NCBI RefSeq assembly: GCF_009914755.1
Contig: NC_060933.1
DNA from: the human T2T-CHM13v2.0 reference genome, Homo sapiens
Length of the DNA: 64,000 nucleotides
Strand: one strand, 5' to 3'
The notes beneath the pieces are model-generated. The model made no database searches. It had not been told where the DNA came from and saw nothing but the letters and a program-made list of their open reading frames with translations. The stretch's first letter is position 1. Each line of letters begins with the position of its first letter. Shown in pieces: positions 29,030-42,160 of this stretch. The translations under genes and the position numbers were made by a program.

Positions 29030-29260
29030 TGTATTAATAGAATAATAGTTAAGGGCATACTTAAGAACCTGGAATGAAATCTTTAATTTTCTGTGTGACC
29101 TTGACTAAGATTTTTACTTCTTTAGGCTTTATTTTCCATATTTTAAATGGGGAAAATTCTAATAGTTTCTATCATGTAGATTATTTGTAGTGTTTAGATA
29201 AATTAATTACATGTGAAAGATTTATGACAGTGGTTGACACCGAGTAAATTCCTTAAAAAA
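29030..29260 (+). mobile_element. MIR SINE
   Basis: 'ctgtgtgaccttgactaag...ttaaatggggaaaattctaatagtttctatcat'. Confidence 0.6.
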
Positions 29261-31096
29261 GGCCCGCTCTTATATCTAGGCATTTATCAGAAAATTAAAA
29301 AGAAACATTATAAGGAAGAACTTTAAGGAGCTAGCAACTGGGTAAATCAGACTAGATATTGAAAATGGAACCCACTTTACAAATTAAATCCATAGACAAA
29401 GTTCAGAATGAGCTTCGACTTAAGGGAACTTGCCTCAACCATCTGGTTCAAACTCAGAGTCCATCGCTTCCACAAAGATACATGCTGGCCCATCTGAATT
29501 GACATCTGTGTGCATACTGAAGTCCTGGAGGATAATTAGGAGAGAAAACTCCAACAGCATTACTGACATAAGCCTGGGGAACTAAGCCATAAAATTCTCT
29601 ATATAAACAAGTGGCCTATATAACCACAGAACTATAAATTTTGGTCTTGCCCCAGGAGTACCTGAAATGGCCAGATGCTCAAACAAAAATAAACATTTCT
29701 GAAGTGCACAGCAAACAAGGTTTTAAAAATCACACCTCTCTGCTATAACCTTTACTCACTATTAGGCTGATGAATTCATGCTACCTTGTTTCATGACAGC
29801 TGTGGATGACATCTCATGACCAAAGCATAGAGCATTTCTCTGATTTACCACAGATTTTGTAACATAAAGTTTTTATTGAAGTATAGCATATATAAAATGC
29901 ATGAAGCCCCAGTGTATAGCTCAATTAATTTTCACAAGCAAGTGTATCTATGTAACCAGGATCCAGATGAGGAAACAGAATATTACTGGCATCAAGAAAC
30001 TCTCTATGGCCCTTCTAGTCACTAATTTCTTTCAAAGATGACCACTATCTTGATTCGTAACACTGGATATTGGTTTTTGTCTGTTTTTGAAAGGGAATCA
30101 TACAATGTGTATTCTTTTATGTCTGACTTCTTTCATTCAATGCTGTTTGTGAGACCCATCCACAATAGTTTATTTATTGTCATTGATGTCTAGAATACCA
30201 TTATGTGAATACACCATAGTTTATCCATTCTACTGATGGACGTAGGGATTACTTCTACCTTTGGTAGATTACTTCTACTTTATAAATCATGTTGAGAAAA
30301 TTTTGTATGTGTATTTGGTGAACATTTTTACTCATTTTAATAGGTTATATATCTGGGATTGGAATTGCCAGATTTTAGTACAGGAGTAGAGTCAGATTCA
30401 ATAGAGACAAATTATTTTTCAGAGTCAAAGTACCAGTTTTCAGTTCCTTGAGTAATGTATCAGAATCGGGTTAATATTTTTCTCATTAAATTAAAAATAT
30501 TGACGGAAAATGCAGATATTAGGCATGGACTTCAAAGAGAATGACAAGTGTATACATTTGCATATCACAACTTCAATTAAGATATACCAACTTTCCATCA
30601 CCTCAGAGTTGTCTTGTGCCTGTTCCACTCATTCTGCACCCCAGATAACCACTGTTGATTTCTATCATTCTAGACCATTTCTGAGTATTCTTGAATCTTT
30701 ATAAGAAAGGAATGATATTCCTGGGTCGGGCTTCTTTTCTCAACCTAATGTTTTTGAGATTCATCTGTGTTGTTGCATGGGTCAGTAGACATTCTTTGCT
30801 TTTTCGGAGTAAAATTCTGTTGCGTGAATTGTACTGCAATTTGTTTTTCCATTCTATGTTCATGAACATTTGGGTTGTTTCAAGTTTGAGATTATAATAT
30901 AATGAGTAAAGTTGCCATAAAAATTACAATACAAGTCTTTTTGAAGACGTGCATTTTGGTTTCTCTGGTGTTAATATTGAGGGAAAAAATTGCTTGGTCA
31001 TAAGGTAGGTACATTTTAACTTTATAAGAAACTAAAAAAACAATTCTGCATAGTTGACCAATTTTCCAACCTCACTAGCAATATTAGAAAGTTCTT

Positions 31097-31402
<306 letters not shown>

Positions 31403-32299
31403 CTACAAGTCTTTGTCAACATTTGGCTTTCTTTGTCTTTGTAATTTAATCGTTCTTATGGGCATAAAATAATACCATTTTGTGGTTTTGAGATTTATGG
31501 TAAAAATTACATTGAATGTCTTTTAATAAGCTTATTGCCCAAGCAAGTATTTGCTAAAATGTCTGTTTAAACTTTAGTCCAAGTTTTTTTTTTAGTTGGG
31601 TTGTGTGTTTTTACAATAGATTTTGTGGAAATTTATATATTCTGGATTCAATTCTTTTCTTAGAAAGATTTAAGTATTTCATTCTAATCTATAGCTTGCC
31701 TTAATGGTGTATTTTGAAGACTAGAAATTTTCAATTTTGATGGAGTCCAGTTTAACCCTTTTCTTTTTCATACTTATTGGCTTTTTTATATCCTCTCAAG
31801 AAATCTCTGCCTATCACACAGTGCAAAAATAATCTCCTATATCTTAATTTAGAAGATTTATAATTTTACCTTTTTAATTTAGCACTATAATTGATCTTGA
31901 ATTAATATTTGTGTGTGGTCTGAGATAGGCATCAAGGTTCATTTTTCTTCTAGGTATTTATCAAGTTTTTCAAGAACCATGAAAAAGACTCTCTTTTTTT
32001 CCTCTTTGTATAGCCTCAGTGCATTTGTTGACTATTAGTTGAGTATTCTTGCAAGTGTTTTTCTCTGGACTCTGCATTTTATTGATCCATGTGTCTATTT
32101 TTATGTCACTAACATATTGTCTTGATTACTGTAACTTTATAGTGAATAATGTAATCAAGCAGTGAATTTTCCAACATTATTTCTTTTTGAGTAAATTTAT
32201 TTGGGCAAATACAGATTCTTGCTACTCCATATACAATTTAGAAGCAACTTGCCCCTTTCTGAAAAAAGCCTGTTGATTTTGATTTACACTGTAACACAT

Positions 32300-32658
32300 T
32301 CATATGGTTTGGCTTTGTTTCCCTACCCAAATGTCACGTTGAATTGTAATAACCACCACATGTCAAGGGCAAGGCCAGGTGGAGATAACGGAACCATGGA
32401 GGGTGGTTTCCCCTATATTGTTCTTGTGATATTGAGTAAGTCTGATGAGATTAGATGGTTTTATAAATAGGAGTTCCCCTGCACAAGCTCTCTTGCCTGC
32501 TGCCATGTAAGACATGCCTTTGCTACTCCTTCACCTTCCACCATGATTGTGAGGCTTCCCAAGGCTTGTGGAACTGTGTGTCCATTAAACCTCTTTCCTT
32601 TATAAATTACCCAGTCTTGAGTATGTCTTTATTAGCAGCATGTGAACAGACTAGTAGA
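32300..32658 (+). mobile_element. THE1C (ERVL-MaLR) solo LTR
   Basis: 'atatggtttggct...tgtcaagggcaaggccaggtggagata...tatgtctttattagcagcatgtgaacagact'; 5-bp flanks cacat/cacac. Confidence 0.88.
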
Positions 32659-33005
32659 CACACCTATAGACACATTTGGGGAACATGAACATATTTATAA
32701 TATGAAGTCTTCTAATTTATAATCATGATACATCTCTTTATTTATTTATTTATGTTTTCTTGAATTTATTTTAGTAATGTGCAGTTTTTACCATTGAAGG
32801 CTTTCATCTGTGCTTTTAAACTTACTTTTAAGTATTCTTAAAACTATTAAGAAGACTTAAACACTCTTATAAATGAAATGTTAAAAAGTCTTTGTTTCAA
32901 TTGTTACTGCTATATTGAAATATAATTGCTTTTGGGATATATGCCTTGTATTCTATAGCCTTCATTATCTTTTTAACTCTAGTAATTGCTTTGTATTTTA
33001 TTTAG

Positions 33006-33391
<386 letters not shown>

Positions 33392-33800
33392 ACCTTTTAA
33401 AAATTGTTTAATGCACCGAATAGGAATTGTAATATTGTACTGAACAAAAGTAGAGAGTGTATTTTTTGCCTTGTTCCGAATTGTAGGTGGAAAACATCCA
33501 ATTTTTTGCTATATTTGGTAGATATACTTTATCAGATTGTGGAAATATTCTTCTATTTTTATTTTCTGAGTTTTTATTGTGCATATGAGTTAAGTTTTAT
33601 CAAATGCTTTTATTCATTAAGGTGACTACAAAGTTTTCTTTTACATTATTCTATTGCTAGAATAATGTAAATCATACTGATTTAGTTTCTTTTGGATATT
33701 AAACCAACCTTGCATTTTAGGATAAAAATCTCTTGATTATGATGTACTATCCAATTTATACATTGCTGTATTCAATTTGCTATTTGTTAAGTATCATTGA

Positions 33801-34105
<305 letters not shown>

Positions 34106-34964
34106 TTGTGTCAGGGTTTCTATGGTTTTATACAATTAATTTGGAAGTACTTCCTTCTCTTTAATTTTCTGGATTTGTACAGAATTTATATTATTTCTTC
34201 CTTAAGTTTTTGTTTTCATCCTTGAAACTATGTGTGCTTGGTGTTTTCCTTATAGATAATTTCAATAACAAATGTAATTCCTTTAATAAGTATAGGGCTA
34301 AACAATTTTTCAATTTATTTTATTAATTTTGAAATGTGATTTTCATGGCATTAGTCCATTTTATTTTTTTGAATTTTTGCATAAATTTGTTTATAATATT
34401 GCCATATTATCCTTTTAAGTATCTGTAGGTTTTGTAATGATATGTTCTATAACATTACAAATTTGGTAAATTTTGTTTCCTCTTTTTTTGACCTGCCTTT
34501 CTATGGGTTATTAAATCTTTTTAATCTTTTCAAGAAACAATGTTTGGCTGTGTTAATTTTTTCTGTTTGCTTGCCAGTTTTATGCTATTTATTTTTTTCT
34601 AGTTACTTTGGATTTATCTATTTTATATTTCATAATTTCCATGTGCACCTTGGATTTTTACTTCCCCAATTTAAGGGATGTAGAGGAGGATACAGTAGAG
34701 AAAGGGAGAGGTCTGTCTGCCCATTTTGCCATCTGATAGGCTCTTTTGAAAAAGGCCATTGCAGCATATATGCTAAGTTAATTTAGTCATTCCTCCCAAC
34801 AGAATGTTTGACATAAAGCTATCAATTATCAACACAGCAGCAGCCCTATTTGTAGTGAAGTGTAGTGTCCCAATAGGATAACAGTATACTGCTTCTAAGT
34901 AAAGGAAGGGATTGTCTGTAAGCACCGAGGGATAAAATAATAAAAGTAACAACATTACAAGTAC

Positions 34965-35170
34965 TACTCAAAAAACCAAACTAACATGCATTAAATGCTT
35001 ACAATTATCCTGGAGCTTTACATTTTCGTAGGTATTATTTTCCCAGTTTACAGATGATGAAGGCTTTAAACAGTTAAATAATTTGGTGAAGGTCAGAATT
35101 CATAAGTGGAGGAATTAAGATTGAATTCCAGCTCTTCTGGACATCAAAGCCTCTTTGTTTAAATATTTCC
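34965..35170 (-). mobile_element. MIR SINE
   Basis: 'gtaggtattattttcccagtttacagatga...gttaaataatttggtgaaggtcag...taagtggaggaatt'. Confidence 0.7.
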
Positions 35171-35204
35171 ATTATATCAACTCAATTATACTTCAATGTT
35201 GTTA

Positions 35205-35730
35205 AATTTTTATTGACATACCAACAACATAAAACTCTTAAATATACAGCTTGATGAATTTTCATAAAGCAAGCACAACTAAATTAAGAAACAAACTTTT
35301 CAGCACCCAGAAGCCTCCTTTTTATGTTCTTCTAGGCATTATGCTCTTGTTACTGCCCTGACTTTGAAAACATTGATTAGTTTACTTGTTTTTGTACTTT
35401 TGGCATAACACAGTATATATTCTTCCATGTCTGGCTTCATTGTTTCAATATCTATGAAAATCATCCATGTTTTGTATAGTCATTTGCAGTGCTTTATTAT
35501 ATTTTATTGTATGTATATACCAGGATTTATTTATCCATTCAACTGTTGATAACCATTTGGTTAGTTTTCAGGTTCAGTCTATTAAAAATAATGTTGCAGT
35601 GAATATATTCTTATGCCTATCTTTTGGTATACCTGTGCATACATTTATAGAATAGAACTGCTAGGTCATAAAATGTTCATGCATATGTTCAGGTTTAGTG
35701 ACCCTGTTAAATAGTATTCCAAGGTGGTTA
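35205..35730 (-). mobile_element. L1ME-type 3' fragment
   Basis: 'tttttattgacata...atacagcttgatgaattttcataa...atttatttatccattcaactgttgat'. Confidence 0.7.
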
Positions 35731-36244
35731 ATCAAAAAGAAATTTCTTTAGAAAGGAAACTTAAATACTTTCATAAAGGAAAACTAGTATCCAGACCATA
35801 ATGCGAATATTTACCATGAAATAAAAACATAATTTAAACAAAAACTTTGTTAATATTGTGCCACCTAGAGTAATTTTTGCTGCCATAAAATGTATATCTT
35901 CCATACGTTGGGAAATTCAGATCTATACCAGTTATTAGTAATTAATCATGTATTGTCTAGTCTTGTTATATTGCTTTGGCTGCTATTTACAATTTTGAAA
36001 TTAGATGCAATTATCTGTCTTATTTCTTTTCTTTGAAATGGCAGAGACATTACATTATAGTTCTTTCTATCTCATTTGTATCACTAAAAATTTCACTCAG
36101 TAAAAAGTCTTAACTATTGTATTTTTGTTATTGTTGGCAAGTTTAAAGCTACCTGTTTGCTACATTTTTTTTAACCTTTGAGCTGATAAAGAGTACTTTG
36201 ACTTGTATGCTTGTGTATGTTTCATTTGGTGCTTATTGAGTATA

Positions 36245-36470
36245 GTCACAAAAAATGCTTAGGCACTGGAGTCAACAGAGATGGATTTGAGTACCCTTAC
36301 ACCACCCCTTTGCCGTGTGTTGTTTATTCCACTTAATAATTCTGAGTCTCATAATTATATTTTATTAAATAAGAATTATAATGCATTGTATCATAAATTT
36401 ATATGAGGATTAAATATGATAATGGACTTTACGCTTTTGGCACAAAGTGGGTCTTCAATAAATGATAATT
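36245..36470 (+). mobile_element. MIR SINE
   Basis: 'ctggagtcaacagagatggatttgagt...atgaggattaaatatgataatg'. Confidence 0.6.
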
Positions 36471-36739
36471 TACATCCATAGATTTTCTCTCCTTTATTGA
36501 AAATTAAATAATTAATATATCTTTATCAAATATGAAATTTGTTTCTAGAAATTACTTTCTTTAATATATATAACTTTATATTTTAATATGCATCAATCTA
36601 TATTTAAAATATATCTTAATTCTCAAAGTTTATGCCACTTCTAAGAGTGTGTATATTTATTCCTCCTTTAGAGTAATTTAAATAGAGAGAATCTGACTTA
36701 TTAATGAACTGTGCAACAGCTTCATAATGGCTAACCTTG

Positions 36740-36930
36740 TGTGATGGTCAGTATAACCTGGGCTTTGAAATCAAAGAATGTAGAAGCAACTATGGCTCTA
36801 CCACTTCCTTGCTAGATTGACAGGTTATGTGACCTCTTTGGATTTTGATGTCCTAATCTACAAAATAAGGATAATAATACCTATCTAGGTGCCCAATATA
36901 CAATACAAACGTGCATTAAATAATAATTTT
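36740..36930 (+). mobile_element. MIR SINE
   Basis: 'tgggctttgaaatcaa...ggctctaccacttccttgct...ctacaaaataaggataataatacct'. Confidence 0.65.
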
Positions 36931-39900
36931 TCATTGAAACTCTCTACTTTTGCTTTTCAAATAATGACCCAACATACTTTACATAATGGAAGGAAGTCTC
37001 TTCTAAGCAAGAGAGAAAATACTTTACTAGAGTTTCAGCTAGGAGGCACATTAAATGGAGTGTAGTTTTTTAGAAAATAACAAGCTCATCTTTTTTAGAT
37101 TTTTTTTTTCTTCATTGTGCTAAGAAATGTACAAATGAGATTCAGGATCATGAAGCATTTCTCAATGATTTAGAATCTGAAAACTTCAAAAAATTAGACA
37201 CAAAATTGTTTTCTTAGAGTACTGAGAATTAAGTCTGTTTTGTATCTTTCTGCTTTACTAACAAATTCATGTTTGTGTGTCATATATTTGTCTGTAAATG
37301 AAACAATAAAATACATTGTTCAAGTACCTGATTGCAACATCATTGTCACACCTGGGATGTGATGAGTCCTCTGCCAAGTGAACATGTCCTTGACCTGAAG
37401 ATTTCATTTCAGGAATAGATACCACATTGATCCAATATTTTTAATTGCTGGCAATAGCACAAGTGGCTAATCTTTCTTCGATCTTTCAAAATGTCAATTT
37501 TAATTTGCAAATTTAATACATGCAAAAGTATAGAAATAATCAAAATACTTATTTTAAATGCAAGTTAAAAATGTGCTTATTTCATTTGTTTCAGAGATCT
37601 GTGGCTCAGAAAATTAGAAACACCAATTTTAGTAAGCTCATTAGTTAAGTTCAAGTTAAGAAAGCATTTTAGGTGGACAAAAGCTGGAATGAAATTTGTT
37701 AATAAATAGAAGTTACTTAGAAAGTTTGATTTAATTGATTACACAGCATGAGTATATGAATTCAGAAGCAGTGGGAAGGACTATATAAAAGGAAAGGACA
37801 CAGATAAAAACAAACATATTTGGATCTGGAAGCTGTCTGATTGTTGATGTACATTTAGTTGTCCTTCTCTGGTGGTTCAATGAACACTAGTTTCAATAGT
37901 GTTTTAAGTCAGGTCAGGGGCTGTCAAATTTCAGCTTCGATCTTGAAAAATTTTATCTGATTTAATTTGGGTGGCAAACACCCAAGCCGACTTCTTCATG
38001 TGCAAAGAGTAGAAAACTACCCAGTTACTTATGAACTCTGTGTAACACTTGCTAACTCCCACTTGAATATCTGCCATTATTTAATGCTTATCTCTGGGAA
38101 TTCCTGATTTTGGAAGCCAATGGATAAAACAACAGTTGTGCATGCTGCCAGCAGAAATAATCACCATTGAATTAACTGGCTAGGAACCAACTTTACTATT
38201 TTCTCTAGTGCTTATAAGCTATTATATTTATCATTTAATGAATACATAATTCCAAATATAAATGTCTCAAAAGTGTCTAATAAGACCAAATATACAGGTT
38301 TGATTTCAGTATTTGGCAGAATACTGTTCTATGAGAAATTTTCCATTATTAGGAAAGGCAGCACTTAAGAAATATTTCCATTACTCTTTCCACTCTTACT
38401 CGCAAAAATTGTTTTGTCTGATTGGCAAAGTGAGGGTCTGGGACCTGTTGTTCCACCTTTTGTTTTTGAGCTTGAGGCAGCTAGCTGGGTAAGTGTGTTA
38501 CAGACCAAATCTTATCACCAGCTGAGTCCAAAGGACTGGAGAAGGGGCAGGGAGCCTACCTGAAATTACAGGTTTAGGGAACTCGCAATAAAGCTGCTAC
38601 CTTGATCACCTTGATCTCGACTCCTCTATCTTCCCCTGAATTGGGTCTGAACTAGAAGAAAGAAAGGTAAGTGATTTATTGGTTCCCTCATCCCTCAGCC
38701 TAAGTCATAAAGTTATGATTCCAATGGACATATTAAGAGATTATCAGGGAACTCTATATTGGCTATGAAAGCTGAGCTGCTACCATGAATGGAGTCAGTC
38801 ATTTGCACACTGCAGGAATTTGGGGCCACAGCGATCAGCATTGCTGGCTGTACTTGATGCAGGATCAGTGGGGAGAGCTCAATAAATCTCTCGCTCTCAC
38901 AGGAGAGTGGGAGCTATTGATCGCCAGTGGCTCCATTAGCTCTGTATGACTTCACTGGAATTAAAATCTTTAGGGCTTGATCCTCCCCTCAGATAGCTAT
39001 ATGTACACAGGGCCTAATCTAACCTTGTACAAAGTGGTGAGATTTTTTTTTCTTCTTTCCCCTCCCTTACCCAACATCTAGGTATTTGAGATGAGCAAGC
39101 GCTATCCTGCAGAATTTTAATAGGCCTATGTTTAAAGTAGTGTCTCTGACCTTTATGAAATTAAGGAGCGGGGAGAGCATTGCCAGTAAGACTTAACAGA
39201 TCATTTCTGTCTGCTGGCCAATCTCCATTGGTGTATGTCTATTTTTTTCTAAAGGAAAAACAGCCTTTCACAAAACCAGCTCCAAAGCTCATCAAGATGC
39301 AATTGAAATGTTGAAATCAGGTAAATCAGCTCTTATTAAACATGAGGAACTGAGGCAAGAAGACGCAAGTTTTTTGTTTGTTTGTTTTTCTCACTGTAGA
39401 GGTTTTTATCACCCAGATGCACAAAATGTGGCCTTGTTATAATAATAATGTCCTAAAGTATTTATGTTGCTTTTCTCTTAATTTTTGAATCCATCAATAG
39501 TTACAAACTAAAACTTTTTTCTTTGATGCTATCAGAGGTGTAGTACTGTGTATGGCTACTGAAAATTCAAGAGCCTTTCACTTGATGAAAAAACAAAGAG
39601 CAATGTATCTTTTTCCAAAGTAGCATTATCTTCCTGTTACCTGAAATTCAGAGATAGATATTGACATGGCCATTTCTCATGGGGATTAATACTTATCCAT
39701 CTAATGGGTCCATTTAAAAGCATATATATGGAGTCTGAGATTTGGAATAAGGCTTTTTGTCAAAAGGACACCTTTATCATTGGGATTGTTTGATGGAAAA
39801 TCACAAAGCCATATATTTGTGGGAAACCACTTAGAAAGATAATGTAAAATATCATGGCAACTGTTGGCAGAATTTTAAAAATACAAACCACAAACACATA

Positions 39901-40884
39901 TTGTAAAATGTATTGACCTATATATTGTCTAGACATACTCAAGGAACTATTTCCTTTTAGACAGATTATTTGGGAGACTGGACACTATCTGTTTCCAGAT
40001 TAAAATTTATGCTAGCTTACAGATAAACGAAAGGTAGTCTAATTCAAACTTTGTATTGCCTTAATGCTGTTAGATAGACTAGATGACCCTGAATTTCCTT
40101 TTAACCTTATGATTAGAGAAAATCACTTTTCTAAACAAAATAAACTGTTAAATATTAGAGCTTATGAAAATATATTTGATCAATTCAAAACCATCATATG
40201 TGGTGGCCTTAATTGTAGAATTCAAATATATCTCTTAGTCAATGACACCATTAATGATTATTTAATGGGAAGCCTAAACTAAGCCCTAAAATAGCTTGAA
40301 TAGAAATGGAAAAAGTTTATTCATTTACATATTCATAGTCTGCTTTTAAAAATCACAAAGGTTTTAAACATGAATTAGAAATAAAATTCCTATGTCATTA
40401 TTCTATAGTCTTATGGGAGAGGTAAGTAAGAGCAAAAGGACTCCTTATCCTCTATCCGCAAGGAACAGATAACACACACACGTACACACACACAAATGGA
40501 AGTATATTCATGGGAACCTGAAAGAAGCAATTTGAGATGACTGATATTTACAATTTAGTGGAGCAAGGACTGAAAGAAGAATGTGTCTTGCAAGGGGCAC
40601 ATGAGTGATGGGTTTTGCAGGGGATGTGCAAACACTCTGCTTTTAGAAATAGGTCTGATCTTAACTGGCAGGTGACCGTGTGGCAGATTTGAAAGCATTC
40701 TACTCCACTTCTCCTCAGGATACAAAGAGGTATCTTGAAAAAGAGGAAAGGATAAGTCAAGATTTAATGATTTAAATCCTTGAGACAAAGCATTTTAAAA
40801 AGTGAACTTGAGTTCCTCTTCACGTGTTTAAGAAGTGGGCCTTATGTTTACAATTTAGTAGATGGAGTGCCTGTTGTTTCACAG

Positions 40885-41080
40885 TACAGTCCTAAGCTCT
40901 GTTTCTTGCTTAGCACTGAATGGTTGCTTCATGATGGGTAAGTCACTTAACCTTTCTGTGGTGTGTTCTTCTCATCTGCAAGTAGAGATGGAAATGCTCA
41001 CTGGGGATGTGTTGCTAAGATTAGGCAATATGTAATTGTGATGAGCATTATACATGCTAACTAATGATGATAATGCTGTC
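40885..41080 (+). mobile_element. MIR SINE
   Basis: MIR core 'gggtaagtcacttaacctttctgtg...ttctcatctgcaagtagagatg'. Confidence 0.6.
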
Positions 41081-41989
41081 TATTAGAGTGAATATTTGGA
41101 TCGGAGGGCCTAAGCAGTTTTGTGATTGCATTTCCTGCAGAGAGAGACCTTAGCAAATGATTACCTGGTCCATATGACTCATGTTTTATAACAGAATAAG
41201 ATTATGTCGTCTCAAATCCTTCCCCTTTCCCCCCACAGATCACCTATTAAATTTTTTTTTTTGGAATTAAATACAAAATCATTCTGTCTAGGAGGAGGAA
41301 ATGAACAGCACGTCCTGGGAAAGTCGTTTCTGCCAGCTCCTCTAATTCTTTAAGTTATAATTTTCTTTCAAGAATTCCAAATTTAGGCATTGAGCCTTAT
41401 TGCAATTTTCAGTGGAGTTACGCAAGCTTATACAGCCAGATCATGTCTGAAGGTTATCAATTTGTTAAACCTGTAATGTCAAGATCTCCTTTCTTTCCAA
41501 TTTGTAGAGAATGTTACTTCCTTAGTAATCTTATTTTTTTTCTCTCTTTCTGTCTTCTAAACCCACCTCACTTGCTCAGATTCTTAACAGGGTTAAAAAT
41601 GGTACAGCCAGAAGGAAATATCTCTAATCGCCACCTCTGTAATACAGACACAAGCATTTTCTTAAGGGCCAAGAGACTGCTACCACCTCTCGGTTTCTTG
41701 AGATGTTCCTAATGGCATGTTGCTATGTTCTGATGTGAGTATAATGGCATAAGATCACAGCAAGAAAAATGCACCTTCCCCTCAAAAGCATAGATCTCAC
41801 TAGAAAATAAGAGAAAAAATCTCTTTACTTTGGTTTTTAATAAAATCATACTTTCCAGAAAGATGGAGGTGAGAGCAGAGGCATGACCGCTTAATTTCAA
41901 ATGTGAATTTTTTTTCTTTCTTAAAGGAGACACTATGGTAATTGCATCTCGTGCACACTTAGTAATTATTCATTTCAAAATCTACTCCT

Positions 41990-42160
41990 GTGAATTATGC
42001 ATGTTTGAGGATTACCACACAACCCAATGAAGTAATTAAATGGGTACTTTTCTTCCCATTTTACAGATGAGTAAAATAGGACCCCAGAAAGAAACAATTG
42101 AATGTTCAAAGCTTTCAGGTTTTTTTTGGTAACCAAAAAAGTGCTAGAGTTTAAGCCTTC
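41990..42160 (-). mobile_element. MIR SINE
   Basis: 'cacacaacccaatgaagta...cccattttacagatgagtaaaatagg'. Confidence 0.6.

Noticed and set aside
29766-29800. CTGATGA, a possible hammerhead ribozyme core
   Set aside because: No appropriately placed GAAA or stems I-III
37967-37985. Hairpin ttgggtg-gcaaa-cacccaa
   Set aside because: A 7-bp stem is expected by chance
38822-38832. GGGGCCACAGC matches the start of the CPEB3 HDV-like ribozyme as I recall it
   Set aside because: Similarity stops after 11 nt. The helices here are nested rather than the P1/P2 double pseudoknot, and I see no P3/L3 or J4/2 catalytic segment.
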